Part shown: in pieces, positions 34,453 through 46,582 of the stretch
Layout: each line of letters begins with the position of its first letter
Numbering within the stretch: the first letter of the stretch is position 1
Assembly: GCA_963757335.1 (NCBI GenBank)
Contig: CAVWRJ010000017.1
Location: 75,515-139,514 of the forward strand
DNA: 64,000 nucleotides
Source of the DNA: an uncultured Acidobacteriota bacterium
Lineage (GTDB): Bacteria; Acidobacteriota; Thermoanaerobaculia; Multivoradales; UBA5704
Direction of reading: 5' to 3'
Made by a program: the position numbers and the translations under genes
Notes under the pieces: generated by a model
Databases searched by the model: none
What the model saw: only the letters and a program-made list of their open reading frames with translations
Told to the model about the DNA's origin: nothing

Positions 34453-34478
34453 CGTTTCACCTCTAAGGAGAGAGCCCG

Positions 34479-35251
<773 letters not shown>

Positions 35252-35255
<4 letters not shown>

Positions 35256-36127
35256 TCGAGGCGCCCCGGCTGGGGTACGGGGTGGTCGACATCCACGTCC
35301 ACCTTCAGCCCTGGGAGCAGATGCTGCCGGAGGTCCGGGCGCGGATGGAGAGCCGGCCGGGGGCGGCCGAGCTGGCAGCCCTGATGCACCGGCCGGCCGA
35401 GGTGCTGGCGCTCATGGACCGGGCCGGCATCGAGCGGATCGGGATGATCCACTACGTCTCGCCGCTCATGGGCTTCACGGCGGCGGTCAACGACTTCTCC
35501 GCCGCCACCGCCCGTCTCGCCCCCGACCGGCTGATCCCCTTCGGCTCGGTCCACCCGCGCCTGACCGCCGAGCCGGGGGCGGAGGTGCGGCGGCTCAAGG
35601 ACCTCGGGATCGTGGCGCTCAAGATCCACCCACCGCACCAGCTCTTCGCCGCCAACGCCTACCTCGACGACCTGCCGGGGCTGGCCGAGGTCTACGGGGA
35701 GGCCCAGGCGCTGGGGATGCCGGTGATGATCCACACCGGCACCTCGGTCTTCCCCGGTGCCCGGAACCGGTTCGCCGACCCCATGGCGGCGGACGACGTG
35801 GCGGTCGACTTTCCGGATCTACGGCTCATCCTCGCTCACGCCGGGCGTCCTCTCTATATGGACACCTGCGTGTTCCTCGCCCGGCGCCACCCCAACCTCT
35901 ACCTCGACGTCTCGGGCATCCCGCCGCGCCGGCTCCTTCACTACCTGCCGCGCCTGGCCGATGCCGGCATCGCCGACAAGGTGCTCTGGGGGACCGACTG
36001 GCCCGACCCCGGTGTCTCCGGGATGGAGAAGAACTTGGACGACTTCCTGACTCTCGATCTGCCGGAGGAGACCCGGCGGAAGATCCTCCGCGACAACGCC
36101 TACCGGGTCTTCGGATGGCCATCGTGA
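35252..36127 (+). CDS. Amidohydrolase_2 family metallo-hydrolase
   Basis: DIHVH, LKIHP, MIHTG, ILAHAG, LWGTDWP. Confidence 0.88.
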
Positions 36128-37286
36128 GCGCCCCGCACCCCGAGCTCCTGGCGCTCCGCGCCGAGTTCCCCATCCTCGAACGCACCACCTACCTGATCAA
36201 CAACTCCCTGGGGGCCATGCCGCGCGCCGTCCACCAGGAGGTCGAGACCTTCGCCCGGCAGTGGGAGGAGCGCGGGGTACGGGCCTGGCACGAGGGTTGG
36301 TGGGAGATGGCGGTGACCACGGGCGACCTCCTGGCGCCGCTCTTGGGCGTCCAGCCGGGGAGCATCGCCATGCACCAGAACGTGGCGGTGGCGGCGGCGG
36401 TCTTCCTCTCGGCCATCGACTATCCGGCCGAGCGCAATCGGATCGTCTACACCGGGCTCAACTTCCCCAACGTCATGTACCTTCTCGGACGGGGAGCAGA
36501 AGAAGGGGGCCGAGATCGTCACCGTCCCCTCGGACGACGGAATCGGCGTCCCCACCGAGCGGCTGCTGGCGGCGATCGACGAGCGGACCCGGCTCGTGCC
36601 GGTCTCGCACACCCTCTTCAGGAGCGCCTTCGTGCAGGATGCGAAGGCGATCGCCGAGCGCTGCCGGGAGGTGGGGGCGGTCCTCCTCCTCGACGTCTAC
36701 CAGTCGACCGGGGTGATGCCGCTCGCCCTCGAGGAGTGGGGGGTGCACGCCGCCATGGGCGGCTCGGTCAAGTGGCTCTGCGGCGGCCCCGGCGCCGGCT
36801 ACCTCTGGGTCCAGCCGGATTTCGCCGAGACGCTTCAAGCCGACGGTGACCGGCTGGCAGGCCGACGACGAGCCCTTCGCCTTCCGTCCCGGGCCCATCC
36901 ACCGCGCCCACGGCGCCTGGCGTTTCCTGACCGGCACGCCGAACATCCCGGCCCTCTACTCCTGCCGGGCGGGCTACAAGATCGTCGCCGGAGTCGGGGC
37001 GCAGAAGATCCGCGAGCGCTCGCTCGGCCTGACCACCCACCTGATGGACGCCGCCGAGGCGGCAGGTTTTACCGTGCGGACCCCGCGCGATCCCCACCAC
37101 CGGGGCGGCACGGTCTCCGTCTGGCACCCCGAGGCCGAGCGGCTGACGAGAGAGCTGATCGCGAGAGAGATCGTCTGCGACTACCGCCCCAACGCCGGCA
37201 TCCGGCTCTCGCCGCACTTCTACAACACCGAGGCGGAGTGCGACCACGCCATCGAGACGCTCACGGAGCTGGCGGAACGGGTGTAG
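36124..37286 (+). CDS. Kynureninase-like PLP enzyme (aminotransferase class V), frameshifts near 36490 and 36840
   Basis: YLINNSLGAMP, LDVYQSTG, GGSVKWLCGGPGAG, TGWQA, RGGTV and IRLSPHFYNT spread over three consecutive ORFs. Confidence 0.8.
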
Positions 37287-39054
37287 GGGGGGAGGCCCCG
37301 GTCACCAGCTGGGGGGTGACGCTCTTCTTCTTCCGCCGTTCCCCGACCGGGACCGCGAACCGGATGTAGCGGTGCCAGACAAAGGTCAGATCGAAGAGGA
37401 GCGCGACCAGCCACCAGAGATACAAGAACACCGCTCCCGCCAGGAAGACTGGCCACAGGTTGCCGTGGACGGAGGTGTCCTTGAGATGGACAGCGACGAC
37501 GCAGGCCACGGCGAGGGCGCCAGGGATCAGCAGCGCGCGCATTCCCAGCTTCGGGAAAAGCGCGGAAATAACATAGATCGCTCCGACGAGAACCATCGCG
37601 ATCCCAGAGAGCCCAAGCCCCGACCCAGGAAGTGGATCGCTGACGAGCCGGTACCCTAAGTCGCCGGTGTGGAGGCCAGAGGAGAACGCCCGAAACCCGG
37701 CGATGGAGAGGAGGAAGAAAAGGCCTCCGAACAAGCGCCAGTACCAGACCCGGGTCAAACGCGGCATGCGTGCCATCACCGTGATTCCGGCCAAAAGACA
37801 GCTGATACCTGCCACGATGCTGAAGACGGGTCGAAGCCCCTCCCTCAACTCATCCGGCGTCAGGAATCCATGGACCGCTTTGTAGAGGACCAGCACGGCG
37901 CAGAAGAGGAGCGCCGCGGCACCCAGATAGGGCACGACCCAACTGACGATCCGTGCTTTCGCCTTGCTTTGCGGCGCTCTCTTGTAGCTTTCGGCCACAG
38001 GTTTCGGCGCCGCCGGTAGGCTCTTCGCCTCGATTTCCGGCATGGCCTTAACTTCCGCCGGAGCCCTGACCACGACGTTGTCGATGAAGTGGTCGAATAC
38101 GTCCGCATCCTGCCAATAGTCGTTGTGGGCCTTGCCCGGCAACGGATACCGCGCGAAGCCATGGTCGTTGGTGGCAGGGAAATGGAAGACGTTCTCCCAG
38201 GACCCACTCGCGAATCGCTGGCGGGCCGTCTCCAACTCGAAACCGACGGGATCGCCGTAGTCATAGTAGTTGTGCCACTCGATGGGCGGGTCGAGCTGGC
38301 TGCAAGGTTTTTCGAAAGTTGCGAACAGCTCGGGCCAGAGGATCAGATGCTTGTCGATCGGCGAGCCGATGGTCATCAAACCGCGGATTTTAGAGATCCA
38401 TGGATTATTTTGGGCGCAGAGCGCGGTGAGCAGTCCCAAGAGGGTGACGACCGTGCCTTCGCTATGGGCGACGAGGTAGATTTCCTCCGCGTCCTGGAGC
38501 TGGTCGTCCACGGCCTGCATCAGTTCCGCGAAGATCTGGCCGATCTGGCCGCCCTGCTCTTTGAACTCGGCCACGATCTGCACGTCGTCCAAGAAGTCGA
38601 CCAGCACTTTCTTGAGATCGAACGAAAAGACACCCATCTTTCCGGCCAAGAAAAACAGCCGTTCCAGCACGTCGATCGTCTGCAGCATCTCGCCCAGGAC
38701 CTGCTCGATCATGCGCGCGTCGGCGTCCTTGAGGGTCGTCGATGGACGCTGGTGCACGCGACCGATGATTGTTTTCACCCAGGGCTGGACGTCCTCAAGG
38801 ACATACCCTTTTTTGACGACCTCGCGCGGGATGTCGGCCCAGTAGACCTCGGCGAAGCCGAAGCCGCTGAGCCCCGGCGGGCTGTTCGGGGTGAAGACCA
38901 CGGCGTTTCCAGAGGGCTGGAAGTTGCCTAGCGGCACCGCGGCAGTTCCGCCGAAGTAGCGGCTGAACTGCGCCAGCACCTGCTGGACCGTAGCGAAGCG
39001 CGTTTGATCGCCGATGCCATGAACGGCGACGATGATCTTTTTGACCGGAGCCAT
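37261..39054 (-). CDS. Alpha/beta-hydrolase-like N-terminal domain fused to a multi-TM C-terminal region
   Basis: VHGIGDQ, LVAHSEGT (nucleophile-elbow-like), TIGSP, DPVG, AHNDYW, then about 6 hydrophobic segments; lower GC. Confidence 0.7.
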   Translation of the reverse strand: MAPVKKIIVAVHGIGDQTRFATVQQVLAQFSRYFGGTAAVPLGNFQPSGNAVVFTPNSPPGLSGFGFAEVYWADIPREVVKKGYVLEDVQPWVKTIIGRVHQRPSTTLKDADARMIEQVLGEMLQTIDVLERLFFLAGKMGVFSFDLKKVLVDFLDDVQIVAEFKEQGGQIGQIFAELMQAVDDQLQDAEEIYLVAHSEGTVVTLLGLLTALCAQNNPWISKIRGLMTIGSPIDKHLILWPELFATFEKPCSQLDPPIEWHNYYDYGDPVGFELETARQRFASGSWENVFHFPATNDHGFARYPLPGKAHNDYWQDADVFDHFIDNVVVRAPAEVKAMPEIEAKSLPAAPKPVAESYKRAPQSKAKARIVSWVVPYLGAAALLFCAVLVLYKAVHGFLTPDELREGLRPVFSIVAGISCLLAGITVMARMPRLTRVWYWRLFGGLFFLLSIAGFRAFSSGLHTGDLGYRLVSDPLPGSGLGLSGIAMVLVGAIYVISALFPKLGMRALLIPGALAVACVVAVHLKDTSVHGNLWPVFLAGAVFLYLWWLVALLFDLTFVWHRYIRFAVPVGERRKKKSVTPQLVTGASPPTPVPPAP

Positions 39055-39187
39055 CAGGACCTCCCTTCGTGGGCCTCCAAATGCTTGGGACGGACGGAAT
39101 CCGTAAATTCCGCGAGGAACCTCCGCCGCGGTTCGCTTCCAGGATCTGCATAATAGACACCACAACCCGCAACCGAAAGGGGAGCCC

Positions 39188-39662
39188 ATGAAGAGGTGCA
39201 CCGTAGCCGCCGTTCTCGCCCTGCTGTGCCTGGCCGTCTCCGCCCACGCCCAGCAGCGGCCAGCTGTCGCCGGCACGCCCGAGCAGGCCAGTCTCGACCG
39301 CGACATCCGCCATCTCCTCGAGCTCAGCGGGAGCTCGAAGCTCGCCATCGCAGATGGTGGCGGCCTTGATCCCGAACCTCAAGCAGATGGCGCCCGACGC
39401 TCCCGCCGGCTTCTGGGACGAGTTCGCCAAGGAGGTCGACCCCCAGCAGCTGATCGAGATGATCGTGCCGATCTACAAGAAGCACCTCTCCCACGACGAC
39501 ATCCGCGCCGCGATCGCCTTCTACGAATCGCCAGCCGGCCGGAACCTGGTCGCCAACCAGCCGGCGATCCTCCAGGACTCGATGGCCGCCGGCCAGCAGT
39601 GGGGCCAACAGCTGGCCCAGCAGGCGATGGCCAAGGTGAAGCAGGCGAAGGCCAAGCACTAG
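39188..39662 (+). CDS. DUF2059-domain secreted protein, frameshift near 39350
   Basis: Signal peptide in ORF 39188; IVPIYKKHLSHDDIRAAIAFYESPAGRNL in ORF 39354. Confidence 0.8.
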
Positions 39663-41034
39663 GCGGCGGCCGGCGGCTCGCGGAGGCAGAGGACGGTCCA
39701 CGCCGCGAGCGTGCCGGCGAGGAGGAGCGTGGTGGCCGGCCCCAGGGCGTAGCGGCCGACGAGCCCCAGGGCGGCGGCGCCGCCGATCGCCAGCAGGAGG
39801 AGGAGCGCGGGAGCGAGCCCGAGGCCGATCCAGAGCGCCCGCCGCGCCGGCCGAGCGCGGCGGGACGTGGGCGAGGAGGGCCGCCGGGTAGAGCAGGATC
39901 GAGAAGACCGGGGCGACGAAAATCGCGGCGAGGAGGAGCATGCGGAAGGCGAAGCCCGGCAGCGCCGTCCGCTGGCGCCGGTGCCGGAGGACGAGCAGCC
40001 CCCAGAGCAGGAACCCCACCCAGTAGAGATCGCGCCGCAGCCAGACCCGGCCGAAGGCCACCAGATACTGATCCTCGGGGAGCGGCCGTCCGGCCAGATG
40101 GTCGAGCCGGCGCACCGCCGCGGCCGTCGCGGTCGTCCAGCGTTCTAGGCGGGCCGGGTCGAGCCGGTCGGCGGTGTCGGTCGGCCGGTGGTAGGCCGGG
40201 TCGAGGTGGAGGAGCGAGTTGTCGGAGAGGGTGGCGGCGGGGACCCCCGCGGCCACGAAGGCGTCGCTGTCCGCCCCGAAGTGGGAGACCGTGGCGCGCA
40301 GGACGAGCTGGGCGGGGAGCGAGCCCGCGGGTCTCGACGAAGGCCGGCCGCCAGCCTACCGCCTCGCCGCTTTCGAGCAGGGCATGCACCAGCCAGCCCG
40401 GGGCCAGAGTCCGCTCGCCCCTCCGCCGGACGGGGAAGGAGAGGATCACCGGGCCGGCGCTCTCTCGCCAGCCCAACATCTCCAGGTTGACCGCGGCGAG
40501 GATGCGGTCCCGGCCGGCCGGGCCGAGGGCGGCGAGCCAGGCGCGGCTGCCGAGGTCGCCCCCTTCCTCGCCGTCCAGGAGGAGCACCCGCACGGTGTGC
40601 TGCCGGGGGGTACGGGCGAGATCCTTCACGGCGGCGAGAACGGTGGCGCAGCCCGAGGCGTCGTCCTCCGCGCCGGGGCTCCGCCGCACCGTGTCGTAGT
40701 GAGCCGAGAGCACGATCTCGTCGCCCGTCGCCCCGGGAAGGACGCCGGTCAGGCTGCTGAGGGGTACCCGGCCGGGAGCCGGGATCTCCGTGACCCCGGT
40801 GAGTCCGGCCTGGAGCATCGCCTGGCGCAGCAGGGCGAGCGCCGCGGCGTGGGCGGGGGTGCCTGGCGGCCGGGGGCCGTACCGGGCGAGGGCGGAGACG
40901 AGGGCCCGGGCGTCGGTCGGCGGCCCGCATCGCCGCCATCGCCGCATCGGCGCCATCGGCGCCATCGCCCCCGAAGCCCCGGCGGCCCCGGAGGTGAAGA
41001 TGGCGACGAGTGCGAAAAGTAGGAAACTGCGCAT
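39659..41034 (-). CDS. M28-family peptidase with C-terminal TM segments, several apparent frameshifts
   Basis: Signal peptide; SAHYDT, GAEDDASG, DGEEGG, NLEMLG; YHRPTDT in a second frame; hydrophobic tail ending at TAG 39659. Confidence 0.75.
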
Positions 41035-41262
41035 AGGGCGAGGTCCGTATCCTAACAGGGGAGCGAATCCGCCGCTTCGGGACACCTTTATGGGTGACAG
41101 GCGTGTACGGAGGACAGCGGGTTGAGACGCTAGCGCTGAAGGGTTGGCTTGCTTAGACGCCTTGGCGTATACTCGCGCGTACTTTAAGACAGCGGTCGCG
41201 ATCATCGGACGGTAGAGACTCTGAGGTTCGGTCCGTCCGGTTCGATTCCTTGCTTTGGGAGG

Positions 41263-43065
41263 GTGCGGGGCACGGGTCCCGTCATCCTTTGGAGTCGTGA
41301 GTTGAGCTTACGCAAGAAGATTTTCCTCTTCACGGCGATCCTCGTCTCGGTGGTTTTCGCGACGGCGCTCCTGCTCGTCCAGAAGCAGGTCGAATCGGCG
41401 ACCCTGGCGGACAATCAGCAGCGCCTGCGGGCCACGGCCCTCGCCTTGGAGGAGCACGAGCAGGACGTCCTCCGCAACCGGCAGGAGCGGGGGAGGCTCC
41501 TCGCCCGGGCGCCGCAGCTGGCGGCGGTGCTGGAGCGCCGGGACCGGGCGGCGGCGGCGCTCCTCGCGCGGAGCCTGCGCCAGTGGCTCCCCGGGACCCA
41601 GCTCCTCGCCCTGGCGGCGGCCGACGGCACCCTCTTCGCCGCCGACGGCTTCCCCGGCCGGTTCGAAACCTCCGACCTGGCGACCGTCGAACCCCTCCGC
41701 TCGGCCCTCGCCGGTGGCCAGGGGCACGGCTGGTGGATCGTCGGCGACAGGCTTTGCGACGTGGTGTCGGTGCCGGTGGAGAGCCTCGCCGGCGGGCGGC
41801 GGGTGGGGGCGGTCCTCGTCGGGGTCGACGCCGGCAGCACCGCCGCCCGCCACCTGCGGAGTCTCGTCCAGACCGACCTCTTGGTCGTCGCCGCCGACGG
41901 CCGGGTGCTCGCCAGCTCGCTGCCCGCGGCTCAGGCGCGCGAGGCGGCCCGCCGCCAGCCTCTCCTGGACGGCACGCAGCCGCGGCGGATCGAAGTCCAC
42001 GGCATGGCCTACTTGGCCGTCGAACGGGTCGTTCCCCTCGATTTCAGCGATCTGGCGATCGTGGCGGTCGTCGTTGGCGGCCGCTTCGCCCAGATCCTCC
42101 TTCGTCCGCTGGACGGCTCCGAGCAGCTCGCCTACCAGATCGGCCGCGGGCTCCTCCTCATCGGTCTCGTCGCCTTCGTCCTCGCCTTCATCTTCGCCTG
42201 GCTGGGGGCGCGGCGCATTACGCTCCCGCTCCGCCGGCTCTCTGCCACCATGTCGGAGATGGCGCGAACCGGCGAGCTGGAGAGCGATTTCCCCAGCGCC
42301 GGTGGGGACCGCGAGGTGCAGCTCATCGAGAAGACCTTCCGCCAGCTGCTGGTCTCGCTGGAGGAGTCGCAGCGCGCCCGCGAGCGCTCCTATGTCGAGG
42401 CGGTGGGCGCCGTGGTCACCGCGGCGGACGCCCGCGACCACGAGACGACCGGCCATTCCTTCAGGGTGGCCCACTATGCCGTGGCCCTCGCCCGCAACAT
42501 GGGCGTCAAGGGCGGCCAGCTGAAGGCGATCGAGTGGGGGGCCCTGCTCCACGACGTGGGCAAGATGGTGGTGCCGGACGAGATTCTCAGGAAGAGCGGA
42601 CCGCTCACCGACGACGAGTGGCACATCATGCGCCAGCACCCCAACTGGGGCTTCGACATGCTGGCCGAGGTCGGCTTCCTGCAGCAGCCGGCGTTAGAGA
42701 TCGTCTACAGCCATCACGAGCGCTGGGACGGCAAGGGATACCCGCGCGGCCTCTCCGCCGAGGACATCCCTCTCGCGGCCCGCATCTTCGCCGCCGTCGA
42801 CACCTACGACGCGATCACCTCCGACCGCCCCTACCGGCGGGCGCACAGCCACCAGGCCGCGATCGCCGAGCTGCAGCGGGTCTCCGGCCAGCAGCTCGAT
42901 CCGCGGGTGGTCGAGTCCTTCAGCCGCATCCCCGAGGTCGAGCTGCGCCGCCTGCGCGAGCTGTGCAAGCGCTTCCACCCGGGCCTGGCGCTCCCCTCGG
43001 ACCTCTTCGTCGGCCTCCCCGAGACCGGCCCCCGGCGCGCCGTCGAGGACGTCCGCGCTCGCTAG
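41263..43065 (+). CDS. Membrane-bound HD-GYP cyclic di-nucleotide phosphodiesterase (periplasmic sensor + HAMP)
   Basis: Two TMs, HAMP, GHSFRV, LLHDVGK, HHERWDGKGYPRGL, DAITSDRPYR. Confidence 0.92.
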   Translation: MRGTGPVILWSRELSLRKKIFLFTAILVSVVFATALLLVQKQVESATLADNQQRLRATALALEEHEQDVLRNRQERGRLLARAPQLAAVLERRDRAAAALLARSLRQWLPGTQLLALAAADGTLFAADGFPGRFETSDLATVEPLRSALAGGQGHGWWIVGDRLCDVVSVPVESLAGGRRVGAVLVGVDAGSTAARHLRSLVQTDLLVVAADGRVLASSLPAAQAREAARRQPLLDGTQPRRIEVHGMAYLAVERVVPLDFSDLAIVAVVVGGRFAQILLRPLDGSEQLAYQIGRGLLLIGLVAFVLAFIFAWLGARRITLPLRRLSATMSEMARTGELESDFPSAGGDREVQLIEKTFRQLLVSLEESQRARERSYVEAVGAVVTAADARDHETTGHSFRVAHYAVALARNMGVKGGQLKAIEWGALLHDVGKMVVPDEILRKSGPLTDDEWHIMRQHPNWGFDMLAEVGFLQQPALEIVYSHHERWDGKGYPRGLSAEDIPLAARIFAAVDTYDAITSDRPYRRAHSHQAAIAELQRVSGQQLDPRVVESFSRIPEVELRRLRELCKRFHPGLALPSDLFVGLPETGPRRAVEDVRAR

Positions 43066-43071
43066 AAGGCT

Positions 43072-43142
43072 CGGTTTGGCTCCTGCGGTCTGCTCCCTCG
43101 GGCGCTCCGCGCAGCCAGTCGCAGGTCCTCGGAGCCAAACCG
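43072..43142. repeat. Structured dispersed repeat, copy 2
   Basis: Same core as 20721..20800; stem CGGTTTGGCTCC/GGAGCCAAACCG; lies between convergent genes. Confidence 0.8.
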
Positions 43143-43157
43143 GCCAGCGACCTGCCC

Positions 43158-44139
43158 TCAGGGTATCCCGTACCGTTTCCGCTTCTCCCACAAAGACTTC
43201 CGGCTGATCCCCAGGAGGTCGGCCGCCAGCCGCTGGTTCCCCCGCGTGTAGGCGAGAGCGCCGCGGATCGCCTCCTTCTCCATCTCGACGAGCGGTCGCG
43301 GCCGGCTCTCGATCGCGCCGGGTGGCGGCGCCGGGTCGAGCGGCGCGAGCGGATCGCGGGTATCTTTTAGATCCTTAGGATCGTGGGGATCGTTGTCCGT
43401 CATCACCAGACAGCGCTCGAGCAGGTTGCGGAGCTCGCGCAGGTTTCCCGGCCAGGGGTAGTCGTGGAACCAGGCGAGGGCCGACGGGGCGAGGGTGAGG
43501 CCGGGACGGCCGAAGCGCTCCCCGAGGTCGGCCAGGAGGTGGGCGGCGATCGCTGGCAGGTCGGCCTGACGCTCGCGGAGCGGCGGCAGGCGAAAGGCGA
43601 GGACTTCCAGGCGATAGAAGAGGTCCTGCCGGAAAGCGCCGCGGGCCACCCGCAGGGGGAGGTCCTCGGAGGCGGTGGCGACGAAGCGCACGTCGGCATC
43701 GATCTCCGGGCCGCCCGAGGGGGGCGTAGCGCCGCTCGGACCAGAAGGCGCAGGAGCTTCCCCTGAACGGCGAGCGGGAGCTCCTCGATCTGGTCGAGCA
43801 CCAGGGTGCCACCGGCCGCCCGCGCCACCCGCCCCTCGATCGCCCGGTCGGCGCCGGTGAAGGCGCCCGCCCGGTAACCGAAGATCTCGCTCTCGAAGAG
43901 CGAGCTGGGGAGGCTCGCCACGTCGACCTCGACGAGCGGCCCCGCCGCTCGGCGGCTGGCCTGGTGGAGAGCGCGGGCGAGGGTCGAGCGGCCGCTCCCG
44001 GATTCGCCGAGGAGGAGGATCGGCGCTTCGCTCGCCGCCGCCCGCTCCACTCCCGGGAGCGCCCCGGCGAGGACCGGGAAGTCGCGGGCGAGACGGGCGA
44101 GGGAGAGAGGGGTCGCTGCTGGGATCGGGATCGCCGGCT
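43158..44139 (-). CDS. Sigma-54 interaction domain + Fis-type HTH protein without a sensory domain; frameshift near 43730, start uncertain
   Basis: GESGSGRS, GAFTGA, FRQDLFYRL, YPWPGNLRELRN, AADLLGISRKSL. Confidence 0.8.
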
Positions 44140-44535
44140 CTAGGCCGGCCCGGTCTGGAAGTTCTGGGTGACGTCGGGCGCATCCGCCCAGAGGCGCTCC
44201 AGGGCGTAGAAGCCGCGGGTCTGCCCGTCGAAGACATGGACGACCAGGTCGCCGTAGTCGAGGAGCACCCACTGGCCCCGGTTGTAGCCCTCGATGTGCA
44301 GGGGGCGCGCCCCCTCTTCCCGCAGGCGCTCCTCGATACCGTTGGCGATCGCCTGCACCTGGCGTTCGTTGCTGCCGCTGCAGATGAGGAAGTAGTCGGT
44401 GAAGTCGCTGACGCGCGCGAGGTGGAGGACCTTCAAGTCGATGGCCTTGCGGTCGTCGGCTGCCGCCACCGCCTCGCGGACGCGGATCGGGGTGTCGAGG
44501 GTAGCTTTTCGGGTAGTGTCGGCTTGTGCCTTCAT
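44140..44535 (-). CDS. rsfS: Ribosome silencing factor
   Basis: DRKAID, FTDYFLICSG, WVLLDYGDLVVHVF, FYALERLWADAP. Confidence 0.95.
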   Translation of the reverse strand: MKAQADTTRKATLDTPIRVREAVAAADDRKAIDLKVLHLARVSDFTDYFLICSGSNERQVQAIANGIEERLREEGARPLHIEGYNRGQWVLLDYGDLVVHVFDGQTRGFYALERLWADAPDVTQNFQTGPA

Positions 44536-45143
44536 CGATAGAGCTGATACTTCCGCGCGTAGTCTAGCACCAAAGCCGGCATGGCCTCGGGCGGCGGCGT
44601 CTCCCCGCGGGAGAGGATTCGGCGCAGTTGAGTGGACGAGGCATCGACCGGATCCTGATGCAAGAGGAGGACCCGGCCACTGGCGGCCAGATCTCCGAGC
44701 TCCGGAGCCAGGGCCGCCGTCTTTAGGTCCCAGCCCGGGCGGGCGAGGACGACGATGTGGGCCAGGCGCGCGATGTCGCGGAAGCGCCACCAGCGGTGGA
44801 GCTCCAGGAAGGAGTCGCTCCCCATCAGCAGGTGGAGGTCGGCCTCCGGCATGGCGGTGCTGAACTCCTCCAGGGTGTCGACGGTGTAGGCGGGCTTCCC
44901 CGGGGTGAGCTCGTGCGGCGAGGCGAAGAGCCCCTCCTCGGCTAAGAGCGCCAGCTCGACCATCGCGTACCGCGCGTAGGGGGGCGCCAGCTCGCGGAGC
45001 GGCTTGTGCGGCGGCTGGGCGGTGGGCAGGTAGATCACCCGCTCGAGCCCGAGGGACCGCCGCGCCTCCTGGATCGGCTGGACGTGCCCGCGGTGAACGG
45101 GGTCGAAGCTGCCCCCATAGAGACCGATCTTCGTCGTCTTCAA
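44532..45143 (-). CDS. nadD: Nicotinate-nucleotide adenylyltransferase
   Basis: GGSFDPVHRGH, PPHK, YTVDTL, MGSDS, SSTQLR. Confidence 0.95.
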   Translation of the reverse strand: MKTTKIGLYGGSFDPVHRGHVQPIQEARRSLGLERVIYLPTAQPPHKPLRELAPPYARYAMVELALLAEEGLFASPHELTPGKPAYTVDTLEEFSTAMPEADLHLLMGSDSFLELHRWWRFRDIARLAHIVVLARPGWDLKTAALAPELGDLAASGRVLLLHQDPVDASSTQLRRILSRGETPPPEAMPALVLDYARKYQLYR

Positions 45144-46149
45144 GCGGGCTTCTTCTCCGCCGCCAGCCGCTCTTCCATCTCGATCACCAGCCGGTCCACC
45201 CCTTCGTGGGTCGCCGAGCTGATCTCGAGGTAGGGGAGGGAGCGCGCCATTGCCGCCGCCGCAGCTCCGTCTGCCGTTCGGGAACGGCGGAGTCGAGCTT
45301 GCTCCCCACCACCAGGCGCGGCCGCCCGAGGAGGCTCGCCTCGAAAGCCGCGAGCTCGCGCTCGACCGTGTCCAAGTCCGCCGCCGCGTCCCCCTCCGGG
45401 TTCGAGAGGTCGACCAGGTGGACGAGGACCCGGCAGCGCTCGACGTGGCGGAGGAACTGGAAGCCGAGGCCCGCCCCCTGGGCTGCTCCGGCGATCAGGC
45501 CCGGCAGGTCGGCGATGACGAAAGTCTCGTCGTAGGGGCCGCGGGCGACGACGCCGAGTTGGGGCACGAGGGTGGTGAAGGGGTAGTCGGCGATCTTCGG
45601 CCGGGCCGCCGAGACGACGCTGATGAGGGTCGACTTGCCGGCGTTGGGAGGCCCCACGACCCCGACGTCGGCGAGGAGCTTCAATTCGAGCCGGAGCCGC
45701 CGCTCCTCGCCGTCGCGGCCGGGATCGGCCCGGCGCGGCGCCTGGTTGGTGGCGGTGGCGAAGCGGGCGTTGCCCCGCCCGCCCCGTCCGCCGTCGGCGA
45801 CCATCAGCCGCTCGCCGTCGGCGAGGATCTCGCCCCGGAGCTCGCCGGTCTCCGCATCGTAGACCTGGGTGCCCAGGGGGACCGGCACGAGGAGGTCGTC
45901 TGCGGTCCTGCCGGTCTTGTTCGAGCCCTCGCCGTGGTGGCCGCGGTCGGCGGCGTAGAGCGAGGCGAAGCGCAGGTGATAGAGGGTGTTGCGCTGCGCC
46001 TCCCCGACCAGGTAGACGGAGCCGCCGTCGCCGCCGTCGCCGCCCGAGGGGCCGCCCCGGGGGACGAACTTCTCCCGCCGGAAAGCCATGCAGCCGTTAC
46101 CCCCACGCCCGGCTCGGACGTGGATGGTGGCTTCGTCTAAGAAGATCAA
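45140..46149 (-). CDS. obgE: GTPase ObgE, frameshift near 45250
   Basis: [38 protein letters not shown]. The C-terminus ([14 protein letters not shown]...PA*) is in another frame and ends at 45140. Confidence 0.95.
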
Positions 46150-46203
46150 AATCGAGGAGGGGCCGGGAAGCCGGCCGGGCCCGGAAGGTTCCGGGCCCGG
46201 GGG

Positions 46204-46521
46204 CTACTCAGCGGTTTCTGCGGTATTGGCGGTGGCGCCAGCGGCGGTGGCGGCTTCGACCGCGGGCAGCGCCGGCAGGATGTTGACGAATTTGCCGCGG
46301 CGGCCCCGGTCCTGGAACTGGACGACGCCGTCGATCTTGGCGTAGAGGGTGTCGTCCTTCCCCTGGCCAACGTTGACGCCGGGGAGGAAGCGGGTACCGC
46401 GCTGCCGGATGATGATCGAGCCTCCGGTCACCTTCTCGCCGCCGAAACGCTTGACGCCCAGGTACTGCGGGTTGGAGTCGCGGCCGTTGCGGCTCGAGCC
46501 CTGTCCTTTTTTATGTGCCAT
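46204..46521 (-). CDS. rpmA: 50S ribosomal protein L27
   Basis: [24 protein letters not shown]...RQRGT. Confidence 0.98.
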   Translation of the reverse strand: MAHKKGQGSSRNGRDSNPQYLGVKRFGGEKVTGGSIIIRQRGTRFLPGVNVGQGKDDTLYAKIDGVVQFQDRGRRGKFVNILPALPAVEAATAAGATANTAETAE

Positions 46522-46582
46522 GAGCTGCTGCTCCCTTGAGAAATCGAATCGGGTCGGCTCTTACGAGCGCGCTAGAGCGCTT

